Part shown: piece after piece, positions 28,097-36,281 of the stretch
How the letters are laid out: every line of letters begins with the position of its first letter
Position numbering within the stretch: position 1 is the stretch's first letter
Assembly (NCBI GenBank): GCA_024225275.1
Contig: JAAEMS010000170.1
Span: 2,592 to 66,591, forward strand
Source of the DNA: Actinomycetes bacterium
GTDB lineage: Bacteria > Actinomycetota > Acidimicrobiia > Acidimicrobiales > JAAEMS01
DNA length: 64,000 bases
Reading direction: 5' to 3'
Notes under the pieces: generated by a model
The model's input: the letters and a program-made list of their open reading frames with translations, nothing else
The model's database searches: none
Told to the model about the DNA's origin: nothing
Made by a program: the position numbers and the translations under genes

Positions 28097-29070
28097 CGGA
28101 GCACCTCGTAGGTGTCGAGAACTTTGGTCACGTATGAGCGGGTCTCGGCGTAGGGGGGGATCCCCCCGGAACGAGTCACGGCGCCGGGGCCCGCGTTGTA
28201 GCCCGCCAGTGCCAGTTCGAGAGAGCCGAACTGGTCGAGAAGCTGGCGGAGGTAGGCGCCCGCACCGTCGATGGCCTGAGCGGGATCGAGTGGGTCGATA
28301 CCGAACGAGGCCGCAGTGGCGGGCATGAACTGCATGAGACCCTGAGCGCCCGCGGAACTCACCGCCGACGGGTCGAAGGCAGACTCGACCGACGCCACCG
28401 CGGTGAGCAGGGCCGGGTCGAGCTGATGCTGTCGACCGGCGGTCGCGAGCAGACCCGAGTAGGGGGCCGCAGCCCGGCGGATGGGGCCTGGATCGACCGG
28501 CGAGGCCGATACCGAGGCCGGTCGAGGTGCCATCTGGCCGCCACCGGCGACGGTGAGCGGGGAAACAGAGGGGGCGTCGGTCACCAAGCGGCGCACGCCC
28601 ACGATCTGCCCCGGGTCAACAGTGGTAACCGCCGGGTGTCGTTCCCCCTCGGGAACCGAGACCATCTGACCGTGGCCCAGGTACACGGCCACGTCGCCGC
28701 CCAGCAGGAGCACGTCGCCGGCCCGGGCCTCATCGAGAGACTCCACCGGGACCCCGAGGCCCCTCTGGACCGAGGCATCCACAGGCACACTCACCCCTAC
28801 GTGGCGATGGGCGCGGGCCACAACCTCGGCCGAAGTCATGCCGGAGGGCAGCCCGGGGAGGCCGGGCAGCGCGGAGGCGGCCTTGGCCATGATCCGCCCC
28901 ACCGTCAGGGTGCCAAGACCGGAGTCGGGGGTCGCCACTCCGCTAGTGGCCATGGCATCGCCCAGACGGTCGGCGAATACGTTGGATCGGCTCGGAGCAA
29001 CGCTTCGGGACGGGGTCCACGCCGGGAGGCCGGCCGTCGCGGTCGCGTCGACCGCCGTGGGAGCACTCAT
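28093..29070 (-). CDS. Flagellum-cluster peptidoglycan hydrolase: C-terminal SLT lytic transglycosylase domain with an N-terminal NlpC/P60-like (Cys-less) region and no signal peptide
   Basis: The SLT motifs are LLTAVASVESAFDPSAVSSAGAQGLMQFMPATA and AGYNAGPGAV. The central region AGDVLLLGGDVAVYLGHGQMVSV resembles the NlpC/P60 His region, but no DCSG Cys is present. The gene is ATGA-coupled to both fliJ and fliK. Confidence 0.8.
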   Translation of the reverse strand: MSAPTAVDATATAGLPAWTPSRSVAPSRSNVFADRLGDAMATSGVATPDSGLGTLTVGRIMAKAASALPGLPGLPSGMTSAEVVARAHRHVGVSVPVDASVQRGLGVPVESLDEARAGDVLLLGGDVAVYLGHGQMVSVPEGERHPAVTTVDPGQIVGVRRLVTDAPSVSPLTVAGGGQMAPRPASVSASPVDPGPIRRAAAPYSGLLATAGRQHQLDPALLTAVASVESAFDPSAVSSAGAQGLMQFMPATAASFGIDPLDPAQAIDGAGAYLRQLLDQFGSLELALAGYNAGPGAVTRSGGIPPYAETRSYVTKVLDTYEVLR

Positions 29071-29480
29071 CGTTTGCTCCCGTAGCGGTTCACGACGATG
29101 TCATCGAGCTCACGGTGACGGAGGCGAAGTGCTTCCTTCTCGGCCCGCTCCTCGACCCGCTCACCCAGCCGCTCGACCGACCGGCGGTTGCGGCGGGCCA
29201 AGACCCACGCCTCGCTGGCTGTGTCGGCCTCGTCGCGGGCCTGGTCCAGGGCCTCTTCGGCTTGGCGCCGATGATGGATGAAGGACTCGGTCAATGCACC
29301 GCGGGACCGGAGCGACCAGCCCGTCTCGTCGCGGTCAGTGAGAACGCCACGCACCGAATCGGTGAGCTCGTTCAAGCCCTGTTCAATGGCATCGGCGTTG
29401 GCGGCGGCCCGTCCCATAGCGGCAGCCGCTTCGTCCTCGTGGCGCTGACGGAGGCGGGCCAAGCGTTCGAACCGGCTCAT
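29067..29480 (-). CDS. fliJ: Flagellar export chaperone/stalk protein FliJ
   Basis: About 137 aa of coiled-coil protein (MSRFERLARLRQRHEDEAAAAM...) directly after fliI. ATG 29480 overlaps the fliI stop as ATGA. Confidence 0.75.
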   Translation of the reverse strand: MSRFERLARLRQRHEDEAAAAMGRAAANADAIEQGLNELTDSVRGVLTDRDETGWSLRSRGALTESFIHHRRQAEEALDQARDEADTASEAWVLARRNRRSVERLGERVEERAEKEALRLRHRELDDIVVNRYGSKR

Positions 29481-30859
29481 GACGGCTGCTCCCACTCAGG
29501 TGGCCCGATGTGAACCGGCGGGCCCGAGGGCAACACCGCTTCGGCATCGATCTCCGGGGTCGGCACGCTCAGTAGGTCCGAGAGCATGGCGTCGGCGGCG
29601 TCGGAGGGCACGATCGTGGTCGACGGCTGAACGAGGAACCGCGCGATCGAGGGCATGCGCTCGATGGCCTCGTCGATCGCGGGGTCACTCCCTCGCTGGT
29701 AGGCGCCCACCTCGACGAGGTCACGCGCCGCCTCCCAGGTGGCCAGGATCGAGCGCACCTTGTTGGCCCGGTCGAGCTGGTCACCAGTTCGTACCGAAGT
29801 GGCGACCCGGGAGGCCGACTGAAGAACGTCGACGGCGGGGAACCGACCGGCATTGGCTATGTCACGGGACAACACGATGTGGCCGTCGAGCATGGACCGG
29901 GCCGCATCGGCGACCGGGTCGTTGAGATCGTCGCCCTCGACGAGCACTGTGTAGAACGCGGTTATCGAACCGGTTGCTGTCCGGCCAGCCCGCTCCAGCA
30001 GCTGGGGCAGAGCAGCGAAGACCGACGGGGTGTAGCCCCGGCTGGCCGGTACCTCGCCTGCCGAGAGACCGATCTCCCGCTGGGCCATGGCGAACCGGGT
30101 CACCGAGTCCATCACGAGCAGGACGTCGTTGCCGGTGTCGCGAAAGTGCTCGGCAATCCGGGTGGCGGTGAGGGCCGCGTTGCGACGCACCAGAGCCGGG
30201 GTGTCACTGGTGGCGACCACAACCACGGCCTTGGCCATCCCTTCGGGTCCGAGGTCGCGTTCGATGAACTCGACGACCTCTCGACCGCGCTCTCCCACGA
30301 GGGCGATCACGGCCACATCGGCATCGGAGCCCCTGACCATCATCGAGAGCAGGTTGGACTTGCCCACACCCGAGCCGGCGAAGATGCCGACCCGCTGGCC
30401 GCGGCCACACGGGATCAGGGCGTCGATGGAACGGACTCCGACCTGGAGCTGGCGATCGATCGGCGGTCGATCCAGAGGATTGGGGGGTGCCAGCCGCATC
30501 GAGACCCGGCCGGTCCGCAGGGGCGGGCCATCATCCATCGGACGACCGAGGCCGTCGAGCACCCGACCGAGCACCCCATCGCCGACCGGCACCTCGAGCG
30601 GACCACCAACGGTCCGCACCGCGGTTCCAGGTCGCAGCCCGTGCACGTCGCGGTAGGGCAGAGCCACCGAATGGCCACCATGGAGGGAGATGACCTCGGC
30701 CAGATCGGTCGAGTCGTCACCCAGCTGCACGAGGTCGCCGATGGCCGCGTCGAGACCCTCGATCTCGGCATGCAGGCCGACCACGCTGTGCAGGCGGCCG
30801 AGCTGGACCGGGTCGAGAGCGGCGAGAGCCCGGACCCGGCGTTCGGGGTCGACGATCAT
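29477..30859 (-). CDS. fliI: Flagellum-specific ATPase FliI
   Basis: Walker A is GQRVGIFAGSGVGKSNLL. Walker B is DVLLVMDSVTR. The overall fold is F1-beta-like. Confidence 0.96.
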   Translation of the reverse strand: MIVDPERRVRALAALDPVQLGRLHSVVGLHAEIEGLDAAIGDLVQLGDDSTDLAEVISLHGGHSVALPYRDVHGLRPGTAVRTVGGPLEVPVGDGVLGRVLDGLGRPMDDGPPLRTGRVSMRLAPPNPLDRPPIDRQLQVGVRSIDALIPCGRGQRVGIFAGSGVGKSNLLSMMVRGSDADVAVIALVGERGREVVEFIERDLGPEGMAKAVVVVATSDTPALVRRNAALTATRIAEHFRDTGNDVLLVMDSVTRFAMAQREIGLSAGEVPASRGYTPSVFAALPQLLERAGRTATGSITAFYTVLVEGDDLNDPVADAARSMLDGHIVLSRDIANAGRFPAVDVLQSASRVATSVRTGDQLDRANKVRSILATWEAARDLVEVGAYQRGSDPAIDEAIERMPSIARFLVQPSTTIVPSDAADAMLSDLLSVPTPEIDAEAVLPSGPPVHIGPPEWEQPS

Positions 30860-31494
30860 GGCTGGAGGGCCTCGCGGAATCGGGCCAGGGCAGTGGAGAT
30901 GCGGGCGTCGATCAGGGTCGAGCCAACCTCGAGCATGCAGTCACCTCGGTCGAGCGAGTGGTCGGCAACCAGTTCGACGACACGAGGATCGACGGGATCA
31001 CCGTCTCCGGCCAGGGCGGCCAGGTCGATGGGGTTGAGCCGAGCCCGGATGTCGCCAACGGGGGGCGCCACCCTCAGGGCCCGACGCAGGGCGTCGTTGC
31101 CCAGGTGCTCGGCCACTTCGAGCTCGCGGTCGAGCAGCACCTGGACGACCTCGAGAACGAGGTCGAGCAACTTGTCGTCCATCTCGATCTGGAGCTTCTC
31201 GGCTTCGGCCTTGAGCTGGCCCGCAGCGGCATCCAGGCCGTCGAGGGCGGTATGCACCTCGGCTCGAGACGACGTGAGCCCCTGCTCATGGCCCTCCTCC
31301 ATCCCCCTCTTGAAGCCCTCGGCATGGCCGCGCTCGGCCGCCTGCTGCTCCAGATAGGCGATATTGCGCCGCTGGGCGCTGGTGAGCCGACCTTCACCGG
31401 GAACGATGGTGACGGCCTCGGCCGCCCCGTCGCCACGGATGATCACCTGGTCATTCGACAAATTCATCTCCTCCCCTACTGATAACCAATTCAC
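30856..31494 (-). CDS. fliH: Flagellar assembly protein FliH
   Basis: A coiled-coil N terminus is followed by the FliH/YscL-like C terminus (LLDLVLEVVQVLLDRELE...LNPIDLAAL). The gene lies between fliG and fliI. The start is ambiguous between GTG 31494 and ATG 31467, and both overlap the end of fliG. Confidence 0.82.
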   Translation of the reverse strand: MNWLSVGEEMNLSNDQVIIRGDGAAEAVTIVPGEGRLTSAQRRNIAYLEQQAAERGHAEGFKRGMEEGHEQGLTSSRAEVHTALDGLDAAAGQLKAEAEKLQIEMDDKLLDLVLEVVQVLLDRELEVAEHLGNDALRRALRVAPPVGDIRARLNPIDLAALAGDGDPVDPRVVELVADHSLDRGDCMLEVGSTLIDARISTALARFREALQP

Positions 31495-32497
31495 CGGATT
31501 CTTCGAGTGCCGCGATCACCTGGAGAACAGCCGACTGGGCGTCCTCGACATCGGCGATGCGGACCTGGCCGAGGAGTTCGATCTCCTCGAGCAGGTTTTT
31601 GCGGGCCCGGTTCGACAGGTTGTCGAGGATCTTGTCGCGCACGTCGTCGCGGACACCCTTGAGGGCCAACGGCAACGACGAGTTGTCGACGCTGCGCAGG
31701 ATGAGCTGGATGTCCCGGTCACCCAGGATGACGATGTCGTCGAAGACGAACAGCCGGGCCCGGATCTCGTTGGCCAGGGCCTCGTCATAGGCATCGAGAG
31801 CCTCGAACACCTTCCCGGAGGTGCCCTTGTCGACCTTGTTGAGAAGATCCACCAGGGCATCGGTGCCCCCCGTGGCATCCAGGTCCATGTGACGCATGCG
31901 GGGCGCCATGATCTGGGTCAGCGCCTGCTCGAGCCGGACCACCGCATCGGGCACAACCGCGCCGAGGGTTCCCACCCTCAGTCCGACGTGCGACTTGCGA
32001 TCCTCAGGGAGGCGGATCAGGACCGCGGCGGCCACCTCCGACGGCACGTAGGACAAGACCAGGGCCGTGATCTGGGGGTGTTCGGGGCCGAGGACCTTGG
32101 CCAATAGCTCCGGGTCCATGGCATCAAAGGCCGCGAACGGGACCTCGGGGATGCTGTCGTCGACATGACGGAGAATCTCCTTGGCCACGCGGGAGCCGAG
32201 GCTGTTCTCCAGGAGGGAGCGGGCCAGCTCGAAGTCGCCAGTGGGCAAGGAAGGCAGCTGCTTGAGGTCGTTGAACTCGTTGAGGACGCGGGTGGCGACA
32301 TCAACCGGGATCGGTCCGAGGTTCGCCACCTCCATCATGAGGTTGGTGACTTCGGACCGCTTCAGGTTCTGGAGGATGGCGCCGGCACGCTCCTGTTCCA
32401 TGGCGGCCAGGAGGACTGCGGCCTTCTGGCGCCCTGTGAGTGCTTCGACCTTCAGCGGCGGAGCCTCATCCTGACTGAAGAGGTCCAACCCGGTCAC
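31451..32497 (-). CDS. fliG: Flagellar motor switch protein FliG
   Basis: LTGRQKAAVLLAAMEQERAGAILQNL, the C-terminal torque helix region LSNRARKNLLEEIELLG, and MVFDDI-like LFVFDDIV. Confidence 0.95.
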   Translation of the reverse strand: MTGLDLFSQDEAPPLKVEALTGRQKAAVLLAAMEQERAGAILQNLKRSEVTNLMMEVANLGPIPVDVATRVLNEFNDLKQLPSLPTGDFELARSLLENSLGSRVAKEILRHVDDSIPEVPFAAFDAMDPELLAKVLGPEHPQITALVLSYVPSEVAAAVLIRLPEDRKSHVGLRVGTLGAVVPDAVVRLEQALTQIMAPRMRHMDLDATGGTDALVDLLNKVDKGTSGKVFEALDAYDEALANEIRARLFVFDDIVILGDRDIQLILRSVDNSSLPLALKGVRDDVRDKILDNLSNRARKNLLEEIELLGQVRIADVEDAQSAVLQVIAALEESGELVISRGGDEFVE

Positions 32498-32563
32498 TGC
32501 TCTGCCCTCTCGGCCGGGCGGGCCTGCTCTGCCCTCTCGGCCGGGCGGGCCTGCTCTGCCCTC
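32497..32563. repeat. 27-bp tandem direct repeat, about 2.5 copies, filling the fliF-fliG spacer
   Basis: The unit ctgctctgccctctcggccgggcgggc occurs at 32497-32523 and 32524-32550, with a partial copy ctgctctgccctc at 32551-32563. On the coding (minus) strand each copy carries GAGAGGGCAGAGCAG, the fliG Shine-Dalgarno region. Confidence 0.95.
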
Positions 32564-34151
32564 ATCGAGTCACCTCTCGGCGGTCGCCCAACCAGCCGCG
32601 GAGGAGGCGGGCCACCTCGTCGGGCTGACGGTCGATGAGGTCACCGACCTCGTTCAGGGGATCGGTGAAGAGCTCCGGATCAGGCAGGGCCGGGCTCTCG
32701 ACACCGGGGCCAATGGCCCCGGCCGCCTCGTCGAGCTCACGGAGATCAACGGTGCCCAACGACTGGCGGAGCTTGCGACCCTTGCGGAGCGACAGCCAAG
32801 CCATGATCACCACGACGAGGGTCACGAGCAGCAAGCCGACCGTACGGATGAGCCCGATCAGGTCCATCCCTTCCCCGGTACCCAGAGCGTCTTCGATCGG
32901 AGCGGCCAACGCCGCCGCGATGTCCTCGTCGAAGGTCATGAGGCTCACAGCCAGCGAATCACCCCGTCCCGGATCGATCCCTGCCGCGGCAGCCACCAAC
33001 GATTCCACCTCGCTCGCCTGAGCTGCATCGATCGCCGCGTCGTCCAGCACAACGGCGACCGAGAGATTGCTGACCGTGCCCGGCGCCTTCTCGACACTGG
33101 TCACAACACGGTCGATTCCGTATTCGGTCTGATCCTCGGCGAGCCGATAGGTCAGACCTTCGGCATCGAGGGTCTCGGCATCATCGACAGGAAGCTCCTC
33201 GGCGCCCAGGACGCCGGCGTTGGCAGCCCCGTCGACTCCCCAGTACTCCTCGAGGCGGGTCGACTGGATCAAGGCCGTCGCTTCCTCACCCTCCTGAAGA
33301 TCCTCGTAGGTCTCGGTGGTGGTGACGACCTCGTCGTAGTCGAGGTCGGCGTTGACCGTCACCACCGCGTGGCCGGGGCCTACGACCGGGGTGAGCATCC
33401 GTTCGATCGATGCGGCCAGCTCCCGCTCGAAGGAAGCCGTCCGCCGGTGAGAGGTCTCGAGGCCGGCACCGGCCAGGTCCTGACCGGGAGCAGCCAGGAC
33501 CAGGCCGGTGGTGTCGGCGACACTCACCGCTTCAGGGGTGAGACCCTCGACGGCCGATGACACGAGATTGACGATGGCCTGCACCTGACCCTCGTCGGGC
33601 AGGCGCCCGGGGGCGGCCTGAAGCAGGACCGACGCGCTCGACTCGACCACGTCACGGACGAAGAGATCGTCTTCAGGGATGACCAGGTGCACCGTGGCCG
33701 ACGAGATGCCGTCGAGCTCCATGATCGTGCGGCCCAGCTCGCCCTCGAGGGCCCGCTGGTAGCCGACCCGCTGCTCGAACTCCGAGGTGGTCAGACCCTG
33801 GTTGTCGAGGATTGCCCAGCCGTCGTTACCGTTGGGGATCCCTTCGGCACTCAGGTCGAGCCGGGTGGCGTAGAGCTGTTCACGGGGCACCCGCACGGTG
33901 CGGCCGCCGTCGGACAACTGGTACTCGATGCCCCGGGCCTCGAGGGAGTCGACGACCTGGGCGGCATCGGCCGAATCCAGGTCGGCGTAGAGGACCGCCA
34001 GCTCGCGCGTCCGTGTCAGCTGACCGAACAGCATCAACCCCACCACAGTGGCGGCCAGGGCCGCGGCCAGGAGGGCTTTCTGCGAAGCAGTCAGCTGACC
34101 CGATGCGTCACGGGCCCGCATGCGCAGGGTCTCGAGATCGACTATCGCCAT
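32562..34151 (-). CDS. fliF: Flagellar M-ring protein FliF
   Basis: The N-terminal TM segment is followed by LYADLDSADAAQVVDSLEARGIEYQL and RALEGELGRTI, then a C-terminal TM segment and a FliG-binding tail. Confidence 0.95.
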   Translation of the reverse strand: MAIVDLETLRMRARDASGQLTASQKALLAAALAATVVGLMLFGQLTRTRELAVLYADLDSADAAQVVDSLEARGIEYQLSDGGRTVRVPREQLYATRLDLSAEGIPNGNDGWAILDNQGLTTSEFEQRVGYQRALEGELGRTIMELDGISSATVHLVIPEDDLFVRDVVESSASVLLQAAPGRLPDEGQVQAIVNLVSSAVEGLTPEAVSVADTTGLVLAAPGQDLAGAGLETSHRRTASFERELAASIERMLTPVVGPGHAVVTVNADLDYDEVVTTTETYEDLQEGEEATALIQSTRLEEYWGVDGAANAGVLGAEELPVDDAETLDAEGLTYRLAEDQTEYGIDRVVTSVEKAPGTVSNLSVAVVLDDAAIDAAQASEVESLVAAAAGIDPGRGDSLAVSLMTFDEDIAAALAAPIEDALGTGEGMDLIGLIRTVGLLLVTLVVVIMAWLSLRKGRKLRQSLGTVDLRELDEAAGAIGPGVESPALPDPELFTDPLNEVGDLIDRQPDEVARLLRGWLGDRREVTR

Positions 34152-34474
34152 CAGATCTGCATCCTCATGATGTCGTTGAAGGCTTCAACGGCCCGGTTGC
34201 GAATAGCCACCGTGACCTGGGTGGCGAGCTGAGCTTCAGCCGAAGCCACCATGTATTCGGACACCGACTGGAGATCGCCGGTGGCTGCACCGACGGCTGC
34301 CGACGCGGCCGTGCGCTGGGCCTCGTCGACCTGGCTGAGGGCCTCGACGAACGTCTGCCCCAAGCCCGAGTCGACCTCGGCCGGTTCGGTACCGAGAATC
34401 TCGGCCTGCCCCACCTGGGCGATGTTGCGCGGGTCAGGAACCGCGTTGATCCCACCAATACCAGCAACGCTCAT
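34151..34474 (-). CDS. fliE: Flagellar hook-basal body complex protein FliE
   Basis: FVEALSQVDEAQRTA...VMVASAEAQLATQVTVAIRNRAVEAFNDIMRMQI is the canonical FliE C terminus. Confidence 0.92.
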   Translation of the reverse strand: MSVAGIGGINAVPDPRNIAQVGQAEILGTEPAEVDSGLGQTFVEALSQVDEAQRTAASAAVGAATGDLQSVSEYMVASAEAQLATQVTVAIRNRAVEAFNDIMRMQI

Positions 34475-34514
34475 TTCTTTGCCTTCTCAGCCAGGCGGGC
34501 CATTTCGCCACCGC

Positions 34515-34931
34515 TCATCGCCCAATCCCCAATGCTTGCTGGTAGGCGTCGCGGGCTCGCTCGAAGGCGGCCACGTTTGCCTGATACGCCCGCTGGGCGA
34601 TGATCAGATGACTCATCTGGGTCGACAGATCGACCGCAGGGGCCCGCACGAAGCCCTCCTCGTCAGCGAGGGGGTTGTTCGGGTTGTAGATGACGATCCC
34701 CTCGGGATCGCCCCAATTGACCTCGCGCACCCTGGCACCCTGGCCGATCTGCCCCTGGCGATCCACGACCGACTCAGCCACCACCATGCGGGCCTGGAAC
34801 GCGGCCTCGTCCATCGGGCGGATGGTGTTGATGTTGGCGATGTTGTCGGCGACGGCGTCGATCCACGTCTGGTAGACGTCCATCCCCGACCCAGAAACCG
34901 AGAGACTGCCGAATGGCCCCAACCCGGTCAT
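34515..34931 (-). CDS. flgC: Flagellar basal-body rod protein FlgC
   Basis: SVSGSGMDVYQTWIDAVADNIANINT and the C-terminal VDLSTQMSHLIIAQRAYQANVAAF. Confidence 0.94.
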   Translation of the reverse strand: MTGLGPFGSLSVSGSGMDVYQTWIDAVADNIANINTIRPMDEAAFQARMVVAESVVDRQGQIGQGARVREVNWGDPEGIVIYNPNNPLADEEGFVRAPAVDLSTQMSHLIIAQRAYQANVAAFERARDAYQQALGIGR

Positions 34932-34968
34932 CGTTCTGCCCTCTCCGCCGGGCCGGCGTGCTCCGCGG

Positions 34969-35340
34969 TCATCGTTCGATCGCCGTTCGGATGAGCTCGT
35001 ACTGAGCGTTCAGGGCCGAGACGATGAGCTGCTGCTCGAGGCCGTTCTCGGCCAGGCCGGTCAGCTCGTGGGTGACGTCGACGTTGTTACCGTTGAGCCT
35101 GGTAGCAGCACGCGAGACCGAGACATCGGCCTCCATGGCCAGGGGCCGACCCTGATCGATCGCGTGCTTGAGGGCATCACGGAACTCGACGAGGCGGGAC
35201 TGGTAGCCCGGCGTCTCGATGTTGGCGACATTGTGCTCGTGGGCCCACCGTTCGACCTCGAGACCACGTAGCGACGCGGCGAGGGTTTCGGTGGTCAGAT
35301 TGCCGATGAAGGTGACACTGTCCAGGGACGGCACAGCCAC
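34969..35340 (-). CDS. flgB: Flagellar basal-body rod protein FlgB
   Basis: RWAHEHNVANIETPGYQSRLVEF and NNVDVTHELTGLAENGLEQQ. The GTG start is preceded by GGTAGGAG. Confidence 0.9.
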   Translation of the reverse strand: MAVPSLDSVTFIGNLTTETLAASLRGLEVERWAHEHNVANIETPGYQSRLVEFRDALKHAIDQGRPLAMEADVSVSRAATRLNGNNVDVTHELTGLAENGLEQQLIVSALNAQYELIRTAIER

Positions 35341-35431
35341 AGCAGTTCTCCTACCGCTGGCGTCGGCCCTTCCCTGGGCTCGAATTCAATTGGCCTTCGT
35401 GGCGGGAGCAGCCTCGTCCCCGGCACCCGGA

Positions 35432-35437
35432 TATTAG
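35432..35437 (-). promoter_or_regulatory. CTAATA box (candidate -10-like element) upstream of the flgB operon
   Basis: The minus strand reads AACCGGCCCTAATATCC, 92 nt upstream of the flgB GTG. Confidence 0.35.
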
Positions 35438-35546
35438 GGCCGGTTGAGCCAGATGATCCACCCGACCCAGCCCGGTTCCTGTGGGCCGGTCCCCACCACC
35501 CCAGAAATGTACCAACAGTCACGCCAGGTGCGCACTGAACCGAGCC

Positions 35547-35843
35547 CTACAGGGAGCGGTCGAAGCTGCCTAGGTGGGGGGTCGCGACCCGGGCGGTGCG
35601 ACGCCGGGGCTCGTCCACCGAGGCCAGGACCTGGGTGAGCTTCTGCTGGGCAACGATGGCGCGACCCAGGAGGTCATCGGCTCGGGCCGCCCACTCGCTG
35701 GGAAGGGGATCGGCGGGGGCCTGGAGGGCCTGCTGTTCGACCGGTCTGGTCACACCAGCAGACAACTCCAGGGTCTCGAGCGCCTTCTCGATGGCATCGA
35801 CATTGCTCTCGAACTGGTCGAGAGCGACCTCCCACGCATCCAT
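35547..35843 (-). CDS. Small hypothetical flagellar-cluster protein (98 aa, helical) downstream of fliS
   Basis: ATG 35843 lies 8 nt after the fliS stop. The sequence MDAWEVALDQFESNVDAIEKALETLEL... looks helical. The position is the one FliT-like chaperones occupy in some clusters, but I recognise no motif. Confidence 0.5.
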   Translation of the reverse strand: MDAWEVALDQFESNVDAIEKALETLELSAGVTRPVEQQALQAPADPLPSEWAARADDLLGRAIVAQQKLTQVLASVDEPRRRTARVATPHLGSFDRSL

Positions 35844-35853
35844 GGTCAAGCCC

Positions 35854-36267
35854 TCAGACGGGCACTCCCAGAGCCTGCTGGTAGGCAGACTGCCAGGTCT
35901 CGGCCAGGGGGGTGAGCACCCGGCGGGCCTCGTCGATGGCATCGACGTCTCGGCGGACATTGGCCCGCACGAGCAGTTCGGCGCTGTAGCGGTAGATCGC
36001 TCGTAGCTGCCCGGCCGGCTCCCACCGATCGACATCGAGGGCGATGTCGAGCTCGGTCAGGATGTCCTGGCCGTTGAGCAGACGCTCGTGGGCCCGGTCG
36101 CGCTCGCCGACGAGCAGGGCGGCCTGGGCCTCGTCGAGGTCCCGGAGCAGGCGCTCGAACAGGAGTATCACCAGGCGTTCGGCTGAAGCCGAACCGACAC
36201 CGTCGGTGAGATAGCGCTGTCGCGCCACCTGGTTCACTCTCATGGGGGTTGTCTGTGTGCTGGTCAT
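35854..36267 (-). CDS. fliS: Flagellin-specific chaperone FliS
   Basis: ARQRYLTDGVGSASAERLVILLFERLLRDLDEA...IYRYSAELLVRANV is the FliS four-helix pattern. ATG 36267 has a GGAGG Shine-Dalgarno and lies 14 nt after the fliD stop. Confidence 0.88.
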   Translation of the reverse strand: MTSTQTTPMRVNQVARQRYLTDGVGSASAERLVILLFERLLRDLDEAQAALLVGERDRAHERLLNGQDILTELDIALDVDRWEPAGQLRAIYRYSAELLVRANVRRDVDAIDEARRVLTPLAETWQSAYQQALGVPV

Positions 36268-36281
36268 CCGTGACCTCCGAA

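Noticed and set aside
35547-35843. Small ORF after fliS as the missing FlgM anti-sigma factor
   Set aside because: It has no resemblance to the FlgM C-terminal sigma-28-binding helices, and its position and helical character fit a chaperone-like protein better. It is left as hypothetical.
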